In this document: piece after piece, positions 46,405-59,040 of the stretch
How positions within the stretch are numbered: the stretch's first letter is position 1
Layout: each line of letters starts with the position of its first letter
NCBI RefSeq assembly: GCF_009914755.1
Contig: NC_060942.1
Source: the human T2T-CHM13v2.0 reference genome, Homo sapiens
Strand: one strand, 5' to 3'
DNA length: 64,000 bases
Notes under the pieces: model-generated
Seen by the model: only the letters and a program-made list of their open reading frames with translations
Told to the model about the DNA's origin: nothing
The model's database searches: none
Translations under genes and position numbers: made by a program

Positions 46405-47318
46405 AGGAAAATCACTTTTATTGAATTATTATTTTCAGTGAAATTCATAGATCTTAAGTGGATGGCTCAAAGCATTTTGACAGAGGCATACTCTCAGATG
46501 CAACCCACTTTCCTACCAAGATTCAGAACACTTCCATCACTCCAGAAAGTTCTCTTGTGCTCCTAAGTAGTCAGTCCCTGCACCCCACCCCTACACCACC
46601 TCAGAGGACACCATTGTTCTGATTTCTGTCAGCACAGCTTAGTTTGGTGTGTTTTGGCCACGTCGTGAATGGAATCACATAGCAGATCCTCTCTGATGTC
46701 TGCCTCCTTACACTCAGCATGTTGTTGAGGACCATCTTTGTCATTATATGTACTATTCCTTTTCATTCTGAGTAGTGTTCCATTGCACTGCTGTACTGCA
46801 CTTGTAAAATTCATCCTTCTCTTAATCATCATTTGTTTCCACTTGCGTTTTTTTCACCCAGTTTTGGCTACTGTTAGTAAAGCAGTCACAAGCATTCTTG
46901 TACAAGTCTTTATTTGGATATATACTTTTATTTTTTTTGTGGCAATACTAAGGAGCAGAAGTGCTGGGAATAATATTGTTATATGTTTAGCATTATGAGA
47001 AACTGTCTGAGAGTTGCCAAAAGTGGTTGCACCATTTTAACATTCCTGCCAGCAATGTATGGGTTATAATTGTTCTGCCTCTCTCCAACTTTGGTATTGT
47101 TAGTCTTTTAAATTTTCATTTCCCTAATGGCTGATGGCAATATTGAACACTTTTTCATGCATTTATTTGCTGTTTCTCAGTCTGTTAAAGGTTTTTTTTG
47201 GCCATGTTTATTGGTGTTTTTGCTCTTGACTGTTAGGTTGTAAGGGTTCTATATGTATTTTAGATACAGAATCAACCTGAGTACCCATCAGAAGATGAAT
47301 GGATAAAGAAAATGTGAT

Positions 47319-47374
<56 letters not shown>

Positions 47375-48135
47375 TCCATGAAATACTATTAAGCCATAAA
47401 AAAGAATGAAATAATGTCATTTGCAGGAACTTGGATGGAGCTGGAGGCCATTATTCTAAGTGAAGTCACTCAGGAATGGAAAATCAAATACTGCATGTTC
47501 TCACTTATAGAGCTAAGCTATGCTTATGAAAAGACATACAGATTGGTATAATGGACATTTGAAACTCAGAAAAGGGAAGAGTTGGCAGGGGATGAGGAAT
47601 GAAAAGCTACATATTGGGTACAATATATGCTATCCTGATGAAGGTGCACTAAAATCCCAGGCTTCACTGCTAGACAATTCACCCATGTAACCAAAAAACC
47701 ACTTGCACCCCTAAAGCTATTGAAATAAAATTTTTTTAAGAGTTATGTATTCTAAATATGAATTGTCAGATATATTTATTGGAATATTTTCTGACAGTTT
47801 CTGACTTGCCATTTCATGTTCATCATGAAGTTTTCTTGTTCAGAAGAAGCTTACAATTTTGATGAAGTCCAATTTGTTAATCTTTTTCTTTGATAGTAAT
47901 GTTTTTTGTTTCCTGTCTAAGAAATCTTTGCTTATTTTAAGGTTAAAAGAATCTCTTCTGTGTTTCCTCCTAGAAATTTATAGATTTAGACTTTATGTCC
48001 TGTTCTAATTATTTTTTGGTATATAAGTTAAAATTGTGAAGGAGGGGTTAATGTTTATTTTTTCCTGTGTTGACTTCCAGTTGTTCCAGAACTACTCGTG
48101 AAAAGATTTTCCCCATTTGGATTTATCTGGTGCCT
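46405..48135 (-). mobile_element. L1MB/MC/ME antisense fragment hosting a sense L1 insertion
   Basis: AGATTCAGAACACTTCCATCACTCCAGAAAGTT, AAAGTGGTTGCACCATTTT, ATTTTGATGAAGTCCAATTT. Confidence 0.7.
47270..47735 (+). mobile_element. L1PB/L1MA 3' end containing a (CA)n tract at about 47322-47370
   Basis: TGGATGGAGCTGGAGGCCATTATTCTAAGTGAAG...CCATGTAACCAAAAAACCACTTG.ACCCCTAAAGCTATTGAAATAAAA. Confidence 0.85.
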
Positions 48136-49074
48136 AGTAAGGCCTGCATTTAACCAGGAAGAAGTCATTGGTGACCTCAAAGGAAAAATAAAACAAAACA
48201 AAAAAACCCTCGGGGAGTCTGGAGAGATGCTCAAAAAAGGAAGAGCCTATAAAACAAGACAAGCAAGCACTTCAAGAGAAAGAACTAGAAGCTTTAGAGT
48301 CTAGTGTATAGGAAGCAGATAAAATGGAGAGAATAGTTATGGATCACATAGCTAAGGAATTTGGCTAGGAAGAGAAGGTAAAAATAGGACACTAATTGGA
48401 AGAACCATGTCTAGGTCAGGAGATCACAAGGATATTTATTATCAGGCAATGGGTTAGGGAAATAATAATGCTAAATTGGGAACTTACAGAGCTTGGGTTG
48501 GAAAAGCTCAGATTATTCCCTTTTTTGGAGACCTTGCCACTTGCATAGAATGTTCTCTGGTGTTGCAGTGAACCCAGAGGGACTTATTGGGAAATATACA
48601 TTTATTGTATAAATGTTTATTCAATATACAAGACTTTTTGGCAAAAGTGTACTGTGTGGAAGTTTGCTGTCTGATGTCAACAGCTGGATTGTCAGATAGG
48701 AGGAGGGCAGAGCACCTAGGAGTGCTGTGGCTGCACCGTTGTCAAAGGGTTTCCCTTGGGCTAAAGGAAGGGTTGAATGAGTCAGTGCCCCCCACCATTC
48801 CTCATGCTGGACAGAGCAGTGGACTTCCGGAAGATATCAACAGAGCTTCTAGCTCCCTGCTTTCTACATGACAGTTTTTCTTAAACATTCACATGGATGA
48901 GCAGAATAGTGTAGCTATTTTCTTCAAACCTTCACTTTAACCATGTGCCATTGACTCTAGCTGCTCTCCGGACCCCACATGGGATACCTTAAAGGCCTAT
49001 TGCAATTTGTTACCCAAAACAGCTACTAGCAGAAAGGAAAGAAAATGATTTACTGATTATTGTCTGTATCCCAG

Positions 49075-49195
49075 GCAAGGTTGTTATATACAGTTGTAGA
49101 GGCTGTGCACTGCACAACCCTTCATCACCATGAAGGGCACTCTTCTTATCCTAGCCTGATATAGTGCAATGTGGTAGTCTTGGTATCAAGTGTTA
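49075..49195. mobile_element. Possible MER91-like hAT MITE
   Basis: TATACAGTTGTAGAGGCTGTGCACTGCACAAC motif. Confidence 0.4.
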
Positions 49196-52100
49196 TTCTG
49201 TGTTCTTTGCAAAAGGAAGCCCAGAGTCCTTGCAACCAGCCTATGAGAGGGTCATTATGATGTCCTTTTTATAGAGGAGATAAAGCCACTTGCCCAAGGT
49301 TGCTCAGTTGTTAAGTAGCAGAACCGTAATTTTTAGATCCTTTGGCTCCGAAACATAACATGTCAGTGGCCTCAAAATGTTGGACCGACAAGAATAATCT
49401 TTAGAAGCCAGACAAGTAGATGAACTGGGAGGTAACCAGCAGCCTCCAGGAGGAAGACTGAATGAAGAAAGCCATTGGATTAGGAGACAGAGGGGAAGGA
49501 GTTGTAGAAACTGCCAGGGTGGCTAGAGGGAGATGGAGGGAAATTCTGGATTGGCAGTGGCTGGAAGAGCAGATGGTCCAGCAACCCAAGCACACCCATC
49601 CATATGGGACAGAAAAGAGCCAACTGCAAATACCAGGGCTGCCCAGCCTGATTGGCTTGGGGAAACTCCAGATGGGGGGATCCACTGAATTAGAGCATGA
49701 AGGATGGGGGCTCTCAGGAGCCATCCAATTGCTCAGAAACTTGAGCAGAAATACTCAGTGCTTGCTAGGAGCCTATTGTGTCTTCTTAGGAAGGCAATCT
49801 GGCTCAGTGGAAAAAATAAGACTTAAAACTTAGGGATCAAATCCTGATTCTCATATTTAGTAGGTGAGAGACTTTAGGAAAGTTATTAAATCGGTTTCTT
49901 ATCTGTAAAGTGGGATTATAGTATCAACTTACAAAATTGTATTGATGATTAAATGAGAAATGTACCTTAGGTACATAGTCATCATTTAATAACATCAGTT
50001 GCCCTGTGGCTTGGGGTCCAGTACTGCTGACTTGTGTCATCCTTTGGATCCAGCACCAGGAAGGTGTTGGAGCTTGGGTGCTGCATTAGCTACTCCACAG
50101 CAGGTTATTTCTTCCTCTTTGTAAAAGTTTCTTTATCTGTTCCCGCTTGTTCCCTGTTTCCAGGACACCATGCGCCCCAGAACAGCATCATAAAGTGGCA
50201 TCCACGACAAGCAGAACTGTGTAATCTGAACTTCTGGTCAGAGAGATTCCAACTCTAAACTCCAAGAAGGGTAGATTTGAATCTTGTTCATTTGTGCATT
50301 CTCAAAACATAGAGACTAGGAGCCCCTCTGTAAATGTCAGCCGGGTGACTGGCCAGTTAATGCATCCACTCTTGGCCACTGCACCTCAGACCTGGCATGC
50401 AGTGAGGGTTAGTGAGTTTTGGTGGATGAGCATGAGAAAGTCTTGCTGGCCAGAGTGCTGGCCAGCACTTGTGGTGGGAAATCTGGATTTAGCTGTGGGG
50501 TTTCAAGACCAGATTCTCATTGCAAGCCATCCCTGGTGGGGGCTGTAATGCATGCACCAAAACCACAAACTGGATAAGCAGACACCTGGCTGTAACGGGT
50601 TGCCGGTTTCCAGATAGCCATGCCCAGTGGGCACCTGAAGCACACGGCCCCATTGCACATGAGCCGTTTTGTCAGCACAGAAATAAACCTTCCCTTTCCC
50701 TGGGCATTGAAAGAACAGAGCTTCTGAAAAGCGATGGAAAAACAAATCAACCAGTGCTGCCCTGTGGAAAATCCTCTCTCTCCTCCATCCTCGTAAAACA
50801 AAATGAGACTGGCTCTGCTATTCCATGTGAATTAGTCACTGGTCAGTGCCAAGGTGACTAGTTAAACACTTGAGGAAAGAGGTCGGATTTACAAGGTTAT
50901 GCTGTAAAACTTTGGGATTGATATCTTCTAATCAGAAATGAGGTAGGAAATGAAGAATGCTATCAAATTTCCAGTAAATATAATGCTAAAATATTCAGCC
51001 ATTTGGATGTTGCCATGTTATCAATCCAATTAACCTCACTTCATGCTATCCACTACATTCAGTGATACCGATGTGTTACAGAGCAATATGAAATATCCTA
51101 CTGACAATTTTGATCCAAGATAACAGAGAAAATACAGCTCTTGCGTTCCAGGGTTTTGAAAAGAAGTAAAATTCAACTCGCATGTTATGAAGGCAGTAAT
51201 AACCTATGATTTGGTTGCAAACAAATATGATTTTCATTTTATTAGCCACACAAATTTGTCAAAATCATCAGCATGTGGGACTCCATATTCCAATTAATGG
51301 TGATAATGGGAAATGAATCTTAATATTCCACAGTTGAAATGACCCTGTGAGTAATGAAATAAAATTGATAAACTGAACTGTTTTCTTGAAGAATGTTATT
51401 TTTTGAGTAATACCCACTGAATTTTATGTTTTGTTTTCAATTGCTTTATAAATAGAGAAACAGATGTTTCTCTTATAGCAACTCTAGTTCTTTAAAATTC
51501 CATTTTCTGCTCAAGGTAAGAAGTGTAAAAAGTATAAGTTGTAGCTATCATCAGTCCTACCTTTGCTGTGTTTGAAAATGTCCTGAAGTTGATTTTATAA
51601 ATATTTTATTACCAAAAAATGACATATGGGAAGGAAATTGCCAAAATATTCTGGTAACTATTAGGTCTTTGGTTCTATTTAAACTTCATTTATCTATCTA
51701 TCTATTCATCTACGTATCTTTATATGTAACAAATATTTCTCATAACCCATGGCATTGGTAACTCTTCTACAAATGTGACTGTGGCTGAAATTATTATTTA
51801 TTTATCCACTCTCAAGTTTCCACATGTAAGGCTCATTAAAATTTTGGTGAGAAAGGAGAGAATCCAGAAGAAATTTAATTTGGTATTTCTTTTTCAATTA
51901 AATTTAAACATCAGCTCATCAGCAACCCTCAACCAAAAACAAGGTGGAACTTTCCAAAATGTTTCCTAAATTCTATGGAATTTAAAGTTCTGCTTTGAAA
52001 GAAAGAGGAAACAGTTCCCATTGAAATGTTTTCCAACATCACTGGAAAATAAAAATCCTATTATATTTGTATAACATAGTTCAGGCGTAGAGAGGAAATG

Positions 52101-52984
52101 ACAAAGTTCAACAACCTTTTCTCTATAAGATATTATCCTGGAATCTTTAAACCTGACTATTACTACTTATGGAAAATGAGATATTTTCATGACATGGTTT
52201 ATAATTTAAGTATACGTGAGAGTCAAAATGATTTGAGAGCCTGAGATAAATTACTGCAGCTCTGGCTTAGTAATAAAAGGAATTTATTGAATTAGATGGT
52301 GACTTGTGCCAGTGAGTCCAGCTTTGAACAGTAGAAATGCCAGGGTGCACTGATGATGACAGAATGAGCCTGGAGAAGGAAGCAGACTTTTCTCCATGAA
52401 CAGCTGGTGATGAAGACACAGAGGCGGCACAGGGGAGGAAGTGAGACGGCTGCACACCAAGGCTGTGCACTGCTGTGGCGACTGATGTCTCTTCGCTCAC
52501 GCACTTTATAACAATAAATGCTGTCCATGCCAGGGCACTGCACGGCGAGTATCTGTTGTCTCCAAGTACCCTCTCCGCACATGCGATCTATTTCCTGGTT
52601 AGCTGGGGGCCCTAGAGGCTTAGCTGGGGGATGCTAGAGGCCAAGAACCTTAATTGTGAATGCCTGGCACATTGCAGGTGCCCCAAAATGTTCTAGGATA
52701 AATATGTACTGGGCACTTTGCTAGGCATTATGGGGAATACAGTAAAAGAAGAGGTTCCTGGCCAAAAGGTGCTTACAATTGAGTTAGAGAAAGAAGATGC
52801 AAATAAAGAAAATCAGTAATACATGGCAGTAAAGACATCAATTAGAACAGGAATTAAGAAGAATGTAAATGGAGAGGAAGAGAAGAGAAGGAGGAGAAAG
52901 CAGAAGCTAACTAATGAAATGAGAATCAGGTGGATAATATAAACTAACTTGTTACATGTCATATATATATTTAGAATTTTTAAG

Positions 52985-53292
<308 letters not shown>

Positions 53293-55128
53293 ATATGCCG
53301 TATAAATGACAACATTCAGGTGTGGGAGTCAGCTGATTAGAATAACAAATTATGGTTTTCTTAGGATAGGGACTAAGGAATTTTCCCCCCATGTATCCGT
53401 TCAGCTGTAGATCAGTACCTGACAAAGCAGCAGCCAACATGCCGAGTCACTATAAAATGAATGAATGAGGTAGAGAGGGAGGAAGGGTTGATTATGGCTT
53501 GCACAAGAGGGGTTAGATCTGAAAGGAGAGAGTAGAAATGAAGTGGCCACAACAGAACGAGGATTTCTAAGCAGTGGGAGCTTTACCATCTAGGCAGAGA
53601 CAATGTCCCTCTGGCTAAGAAACAGTGGCAGAATGGTGCTAGAGGGGAAGAGAGGTTGGGAGAACCTCAGGACAGACTGTGGGGACTATGAGTCCCTCTG
53701 CCACCTGGCTGAATCCCAATCCTCCTTCAGGCCTTGCTTATGGTCTGTGTCCCAGCCACTGAGCCTCTGCTGACCCCCAGCCTGGGTTCGGAGTTCCCTC
53801 AGAAGCCCTGGCTGCCTCCATCCTGGACCTATTCCACAATAATGGCACGGCTGAGGCAAGGACGTTCCCACCCTGTAGGTTAGACACTGGGCCTCCATGG
53901 AGAAGGATGGAGGTGCTATTCATCTCTGTGTCTCAGCACAGAGCAAATGGGCATAGCTCTACTGCAATGTTTTCAAGAGAGAAGGGGTGTGATCAGAGCT
54001 GCACTGCGGAGGCTTTACTGAAGGAAGAACAGGGACAGGGTTTGTCTGGTATGATTAGGGACTAGGATGGTGTACGTGGAACAACTCCTGGTAAGACCAG
54101 GGTTGAAGTGAGAAGTGGAATTGACACAGAGAGCAGGGGCCCGCCCTATCCAAGAGGCAGCAGAATGCGGGGACTGACAGCAAACAAGAACACATCAGTG
54201 GGTAAGGCCCATGGGGACAGCCTGCCCGCAGCAATGATGGGGAGGGAAAAGACCAAAAATAACGCTGTGAGATCCAGCTTGGGAGTCTCTGAGGTGCTGT
54301 AACAGGCGGGGGATGGCCAGGGCCCTGGGCGAACCTGGGAGCTCCAGAAGAAGCTTGGAGGAGCAGGGCTTAAAGGCTTGAGGGAGCAGGAGGGATCTGA
54401 GTGGAGCCTGGCAGAAGGCAAGGAACGCTGCCAGATGATCGGGGGCCCAGGGACAGGGACCCCAGACTCGGGTGGTCAGGACCGCAAGAGCCTGGAGTGG
54501 GAGTGCAGGATGCTCCAGCCCTGCTCAGGGACGCAGTCCCGGCTGTCCCCGGCTTCAGACATCTTCTCACCCTGAAATGATAGGCCGTCTTCTCAGTCAT
54601 TAGAGAATGAAATGCTTATAATGGCATCTGCGTCTTAACGGGGAATGAGAAATAGCCATAATTTCCAAACACTTGTTTTTCATAAGGGAACCGACACAAG
54701 CATTTCTGAGCAGATGTATCATTGGTTAGTTTTGAGTTTCTGTAGGGGAACAGAACAGAGAAAACCCAGTGGCTTTATTTTTAGTTCCTATAGGGATGAA
54801 TGACCATCCCCTGTGGTTTAAAGATTATTTGAGTATCCTTTTTGGCAGTAACCTGCAAAATCTATCTGTGGTTGGCACAGCTTAGCCTGTTCAAAAGTGA
54901 TCATTGCAACTTATATTTTGAGAGAGGGGAGGTAATGGTCTGGTACCGGGGAAGGGACGTTTGCCTGAAAGTCCAAGGTGGGAAGGTCTCAGCCCTGCTG
55001 GCCCATGGGTGTCATCTGGGCTCTGGGAGGGCCAAGCATCCTCCCTGCATCTCCATTTATCCACCTGTGAAATGAGGCACTGCCTGCCCCATGCTCCCCT
55101 CACAAAGAAATTACAATGATGCATATAT

Positions 55129-55162
55129 CCTAAAGGAAGATTCTTCAGGATCTTCCTTTAGG
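55129..55162. repeat. Perfect 13-bp inverted repeat with an 8-nt spacer
   Basis: CCTAAAGGAAGAT-tcttcagg-ATCTTCCTTTAGG. Confidence 0.9.
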
Positions 55163-55384
55163 GGGACAACATTGGGTCCATGTGGAGACAAAGGCTCAAA
55201 AATGTGCCTCACCACACCGCACACAACAAGTTACTCATAAGCCAGGAATAGAAGCCCCCTTTGACCTGAGAGGTCTTTCCACCATGCTGAGAGGCTCATT
55301 TAAAAGAAGGGCATAGAACTTTGTAGACAAACGTAGAGAGATGTCTGGGATAGCTGGGGAGAAAGGCAAGTTGTAAAACATTTT

Positions 55385-55503
55385 GTACATGTATATATAT
55401 ATATGTCTGTGTGTGTGTATATATATATACACACACACAACACACATACACATATATGTGTATATATACACGTATATGTGCGTGCATATATACTATGCAT
55501 GTA
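55385..55503. repeat. (TA)n/(TG)n/(CA)n compound microsatellite
   Basis: Direct inspection. Confidence 0.9.
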
Positions 55504-57447
55504 TAAAAACTCAAGGAAGTCTACATAAAATGTGATTATTTCTGGAGTGTGTGATTATAGAGAACGTTTCATTTCATTTCTTTTATTTTTTACCATTTGC
55601 ATTGTTACAAGCTTGCATTTCTTTCATAATCAGAAATTTTGATGTAAATATAAACAGGTAAATGAAGAAGCTTCTCTGCCCATGCATGCCCATTGTGCTC
55701 CATCAATCAATAGATACTGCTGTCTGTCTCTGGAAAAAGTCGGATGCAGCTAGGGCTGCAAGACCTCAAATGGCCTTTACTCCTGACAATTTCCTTTTAA
55801 TGTTCCCACCTCTTGCCCTGGGGCTCTAATGCCAACTGGCTATCACAGCCATGCTGATGTCAGTTCATGCAAGATGCCCATGCACAAATTTAGTGTGTTA
55901 AAATTTTAAAGCCTACTAAAATGTTCCCTGACAGAAAAACGCCTCCTCACCAGGAATAAGCAAGTATTTAGAAAAACACATTTCTTTGCCTTAAAATGGT
56001 TGGAGAACAAGTTTTGGGCGGGGTGGGGGGGGGGCTCTTTTTTATTAGTATTATTATTTCAAGAGGTTTGGTAACATTTTTGTTTCTCTAAATAGGAGTA
56101 AGGAACCAGGGCAATGGCACTGACATGGTAGGAGGCCCCATGGGCCCAAGCTCTGAAGGGCACTGGAGGGCACTAGGCTGCCCAGGCTGTTTTACGCATC
56201 GCCTGATCTATCGTGAGTTGGGGTACAGTTATGACGAGCAGGATGAAATTAGCACAGCTCTGTTCTCCAATTACTGCTGACCAAAATGAATTCTGGTCTG
56301 CGATAACTAGGCTGTAACTTTTAAGATACTTCAGAGAACGATGAAAATGCACATCCATATACTTCAGGCATCTGGAGGATGTGATGTGAGGGAGTGCCGG
56401 GAAACTGACTTTCAAAAATCCATGCCCATTTTACTGGATTAAAATTGTTTAATCTAACTAGCTGTTGACCTTGGTTTGTGATATTGAAAATTCTGGGCCT
56501 TTCTCATACGCTTCTGTTTAATGTGACTCCTCTTGTATCTTACAATTTCCACGTTGTCCTTAGACTCCTTGATGTTGATGATTGCATGACATCTATCTTT
56601 GGGAATCTCGGGAACCTTTTTAAAGTATTAGTAAGAGCTATTGATCATCACAAAAGCCCCTGAGAGAAAAGGACCACTTCATCCAGGCTTGTTGTGAATT
56701 ATTTACAGAAAATAACATTAAAAAAATGGACATCCATTTCTGTCACCATATCTAGTCTCCCCATGCCAAACAAAGCAAACAAAATTGTCAAAGCATTGGA
56801 CTTTCTAACACAGAGGAGCCAACAAATGTGATGTCCTAGTCCAGACTGGAAGGGCTACTTGATGTAGAGGCGATTTGCAGCATGTCAGATGGAAATGAAA
56901 GGGGACGACATCGGGTCCAAGAGGAGACAAATGCTCAAAAATGTAAAGTGACTCGCCCCATGGCACACAACCAGTCATTCACGAGCCAGGAATAGAACCT
57001 CCCTTTGACCTCTCAGAGTTCTTTTCACTATACTGAGCTGCTTGCTGGCTTACTGGGGCTCGGCTTGTACTTCTCTCAGGGCACACACACTTTTAAAAGG
57101 CCCTTCTGAGACACAGTGATTTAACCTAAAAGAAAGATGCCAACTATGGGAATTTCAGACATGGCAAAATTGTACTGGGAGATATTTGGAGCCATCAGAA
57201 CTTTCGGCACTCTTCCAAATCACTGCCCAGGGGTGATTATTTTCCTTGTGTTGCCTTCCCCTTGGAAAACCATTACTTGCTTTTCAGTTCCATTAGACTT
57301 GGAAAGATGCCATATATGTGGGCTTTCAGAGTCCTACAATGCACACTCAGTTTTCTTTGATTAATTGATAAGTTCTAATACTGTTTATGTTGCCTTTATT
57401 CTGTTTCAAGTGCAAATTTTTCCATCACTAAAAACATTCGTTTAAAG

Positions 57448-57648
57448 CAGTAGTGTGTTGGAGATGGCTCCTACCAGCTCACAAGAGCCGAATCGAATCT
57501 GTGCATCTCATCCCAACCCCAGTTTGGTGACTTTACACTGGTGTCTTGAAATCAGCCATTGGGAACATATTGACATCACAGAACTTGGCAAACAGTAAAA
57601 GTAGAGATTTTTTTCCCTCCAGAGAGCCTATTTATCAACACACCATTG
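57448..57648. mobile_element. MER63A-like hAT-Blackjack MITE
   Basis: Terminal inverted repeats CAGTAGTGTGTTGG / TCAACACACCATTG; degenerate 8-bp TSD GTTTAAAG / GTTCCAAG. Confidence 0.75.
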
Positions 57649-58714
57649 GTTCCAAGTATGCATTTTTTTTTACTATAGTAGGAAATTTAATTCATTTGGT
57701 AAACTATTACTAATAGTGCTTAATGCATGGTAAGTACATACACAATAGATCTTTGTAAAGGAAGGATTGAATGAATGAGTGAATGAATGGGCCGCTTCCA
57801 GATATATACAATGCTCCATCTTAGTTTTCGAGACTGAACTGGGCATTGAAACTATGCTAATTTTGGATTCTCCATCCCTTTTCAGTTTTATCTTATGTTC
57901 GTATGGATCTCTTCAACACCAGTTCAGAGTGTGGGAGCTTTTCTACAGATCTCTTTCTAGTGTTCCTTTTTCAGGCAAGAGAAAAACATATCTACAAAAA
58001 TGAAAAAATATAATTTTCATTGTCATAAAAGAGTAATTTTGACTTTTATGTTACGATATGAAGGAAAACATTTTTACACAGGTTATTTTTATTTTTAAAA
58101 GCAGAAGCAAATTTCAACTATAACAGCTAAACTATCTGACGTTGTCTCATTAATATTCTGCTTCTCTGATTACTAGCTCCAGAAATTATGAAGAGTTGCT
58201 TTTAAAGTTGATGTTCAAATTCAATATGATTGTGCTTTGCATCTTGTTCCAGTAAAGTCTCTTGTCAGTTTGCTTGTCAGGAGCCAAGAAAAGCAGCAAT
58301 TTCTGCCTTGGAAAATCCTGTGAATATTTATGTAGTAGCTCTAAGCTGCAGGGAATTTAAGAAGCTTAGAAAAATTTTGCAAAGTTTTTAAAGCAGGGAG
58401 TCACTGTCATACCATGGATAGAAATCCATAAATGTCAAACTTGAAATTATGTCAGTAGTTACCATTATTCTGTTGGACTGGGACCCACACAACTATTTGA
58501 ATGTTTATGAAGTAATGTGAGTTGGCAGTTTCTATTTACTCCAAGTATTCTATTCAAGATCATCTGCACTAGTTTGGGATGTCTGCTAACCTCCTCTTAA
58601 TAAAGGTTCAGGCTTTTGGTCTTTGCTTTTCATAAAAACCTGTCAAAATCAGGCCCCCAAAATTACAGACCAGATATGATCACTCATGTAACTCAACCTC
58701 ACAATTCTGTTCTT

Positions 58715-59040
58715 GGTTGAATCTTACAAAGAAAATATCGAGTGAAGAGAGCTAGAACCAAAGATTTATTTCTTATATTATTCCATTTATATAAAGTGAA
58801 AAAGCAGGCAAAACTAACCTATGGTGTTAGGCATCCAGATAGCGGTTGCCCTTTGAGGGGACAGTAGCAGGAAGTGACAGGGGACACTTTTTGAAGTTCT
58901 GAAAATGCTCTGTTTCTTAATCTGTGTTCTGGTTACACGACGGGTGTGTCACTTTGTAAAAATACACAAAACTGTTCACTTACAATTTGGGAAGTTTCTT
59001 GTATGTAACTTATATTTCAATAGAGAATTTACTTTTAAAA
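58715..59040 (+). mobile_element. L1ME 3' fragment
   Basis: ATTCCATTTATATAAAGT...CAGGCAAAACTAACCTATGGTGTTAG...ACTTTGTAAAAAT. Confidence 0.7.

Noticed and set aside
54300-54560. GC-rich patch as a CpG island or REST site
   Set aside because: It is too short and CpG-sparse for an island, and only the GCTGTCC half of an RE1 motif is present.
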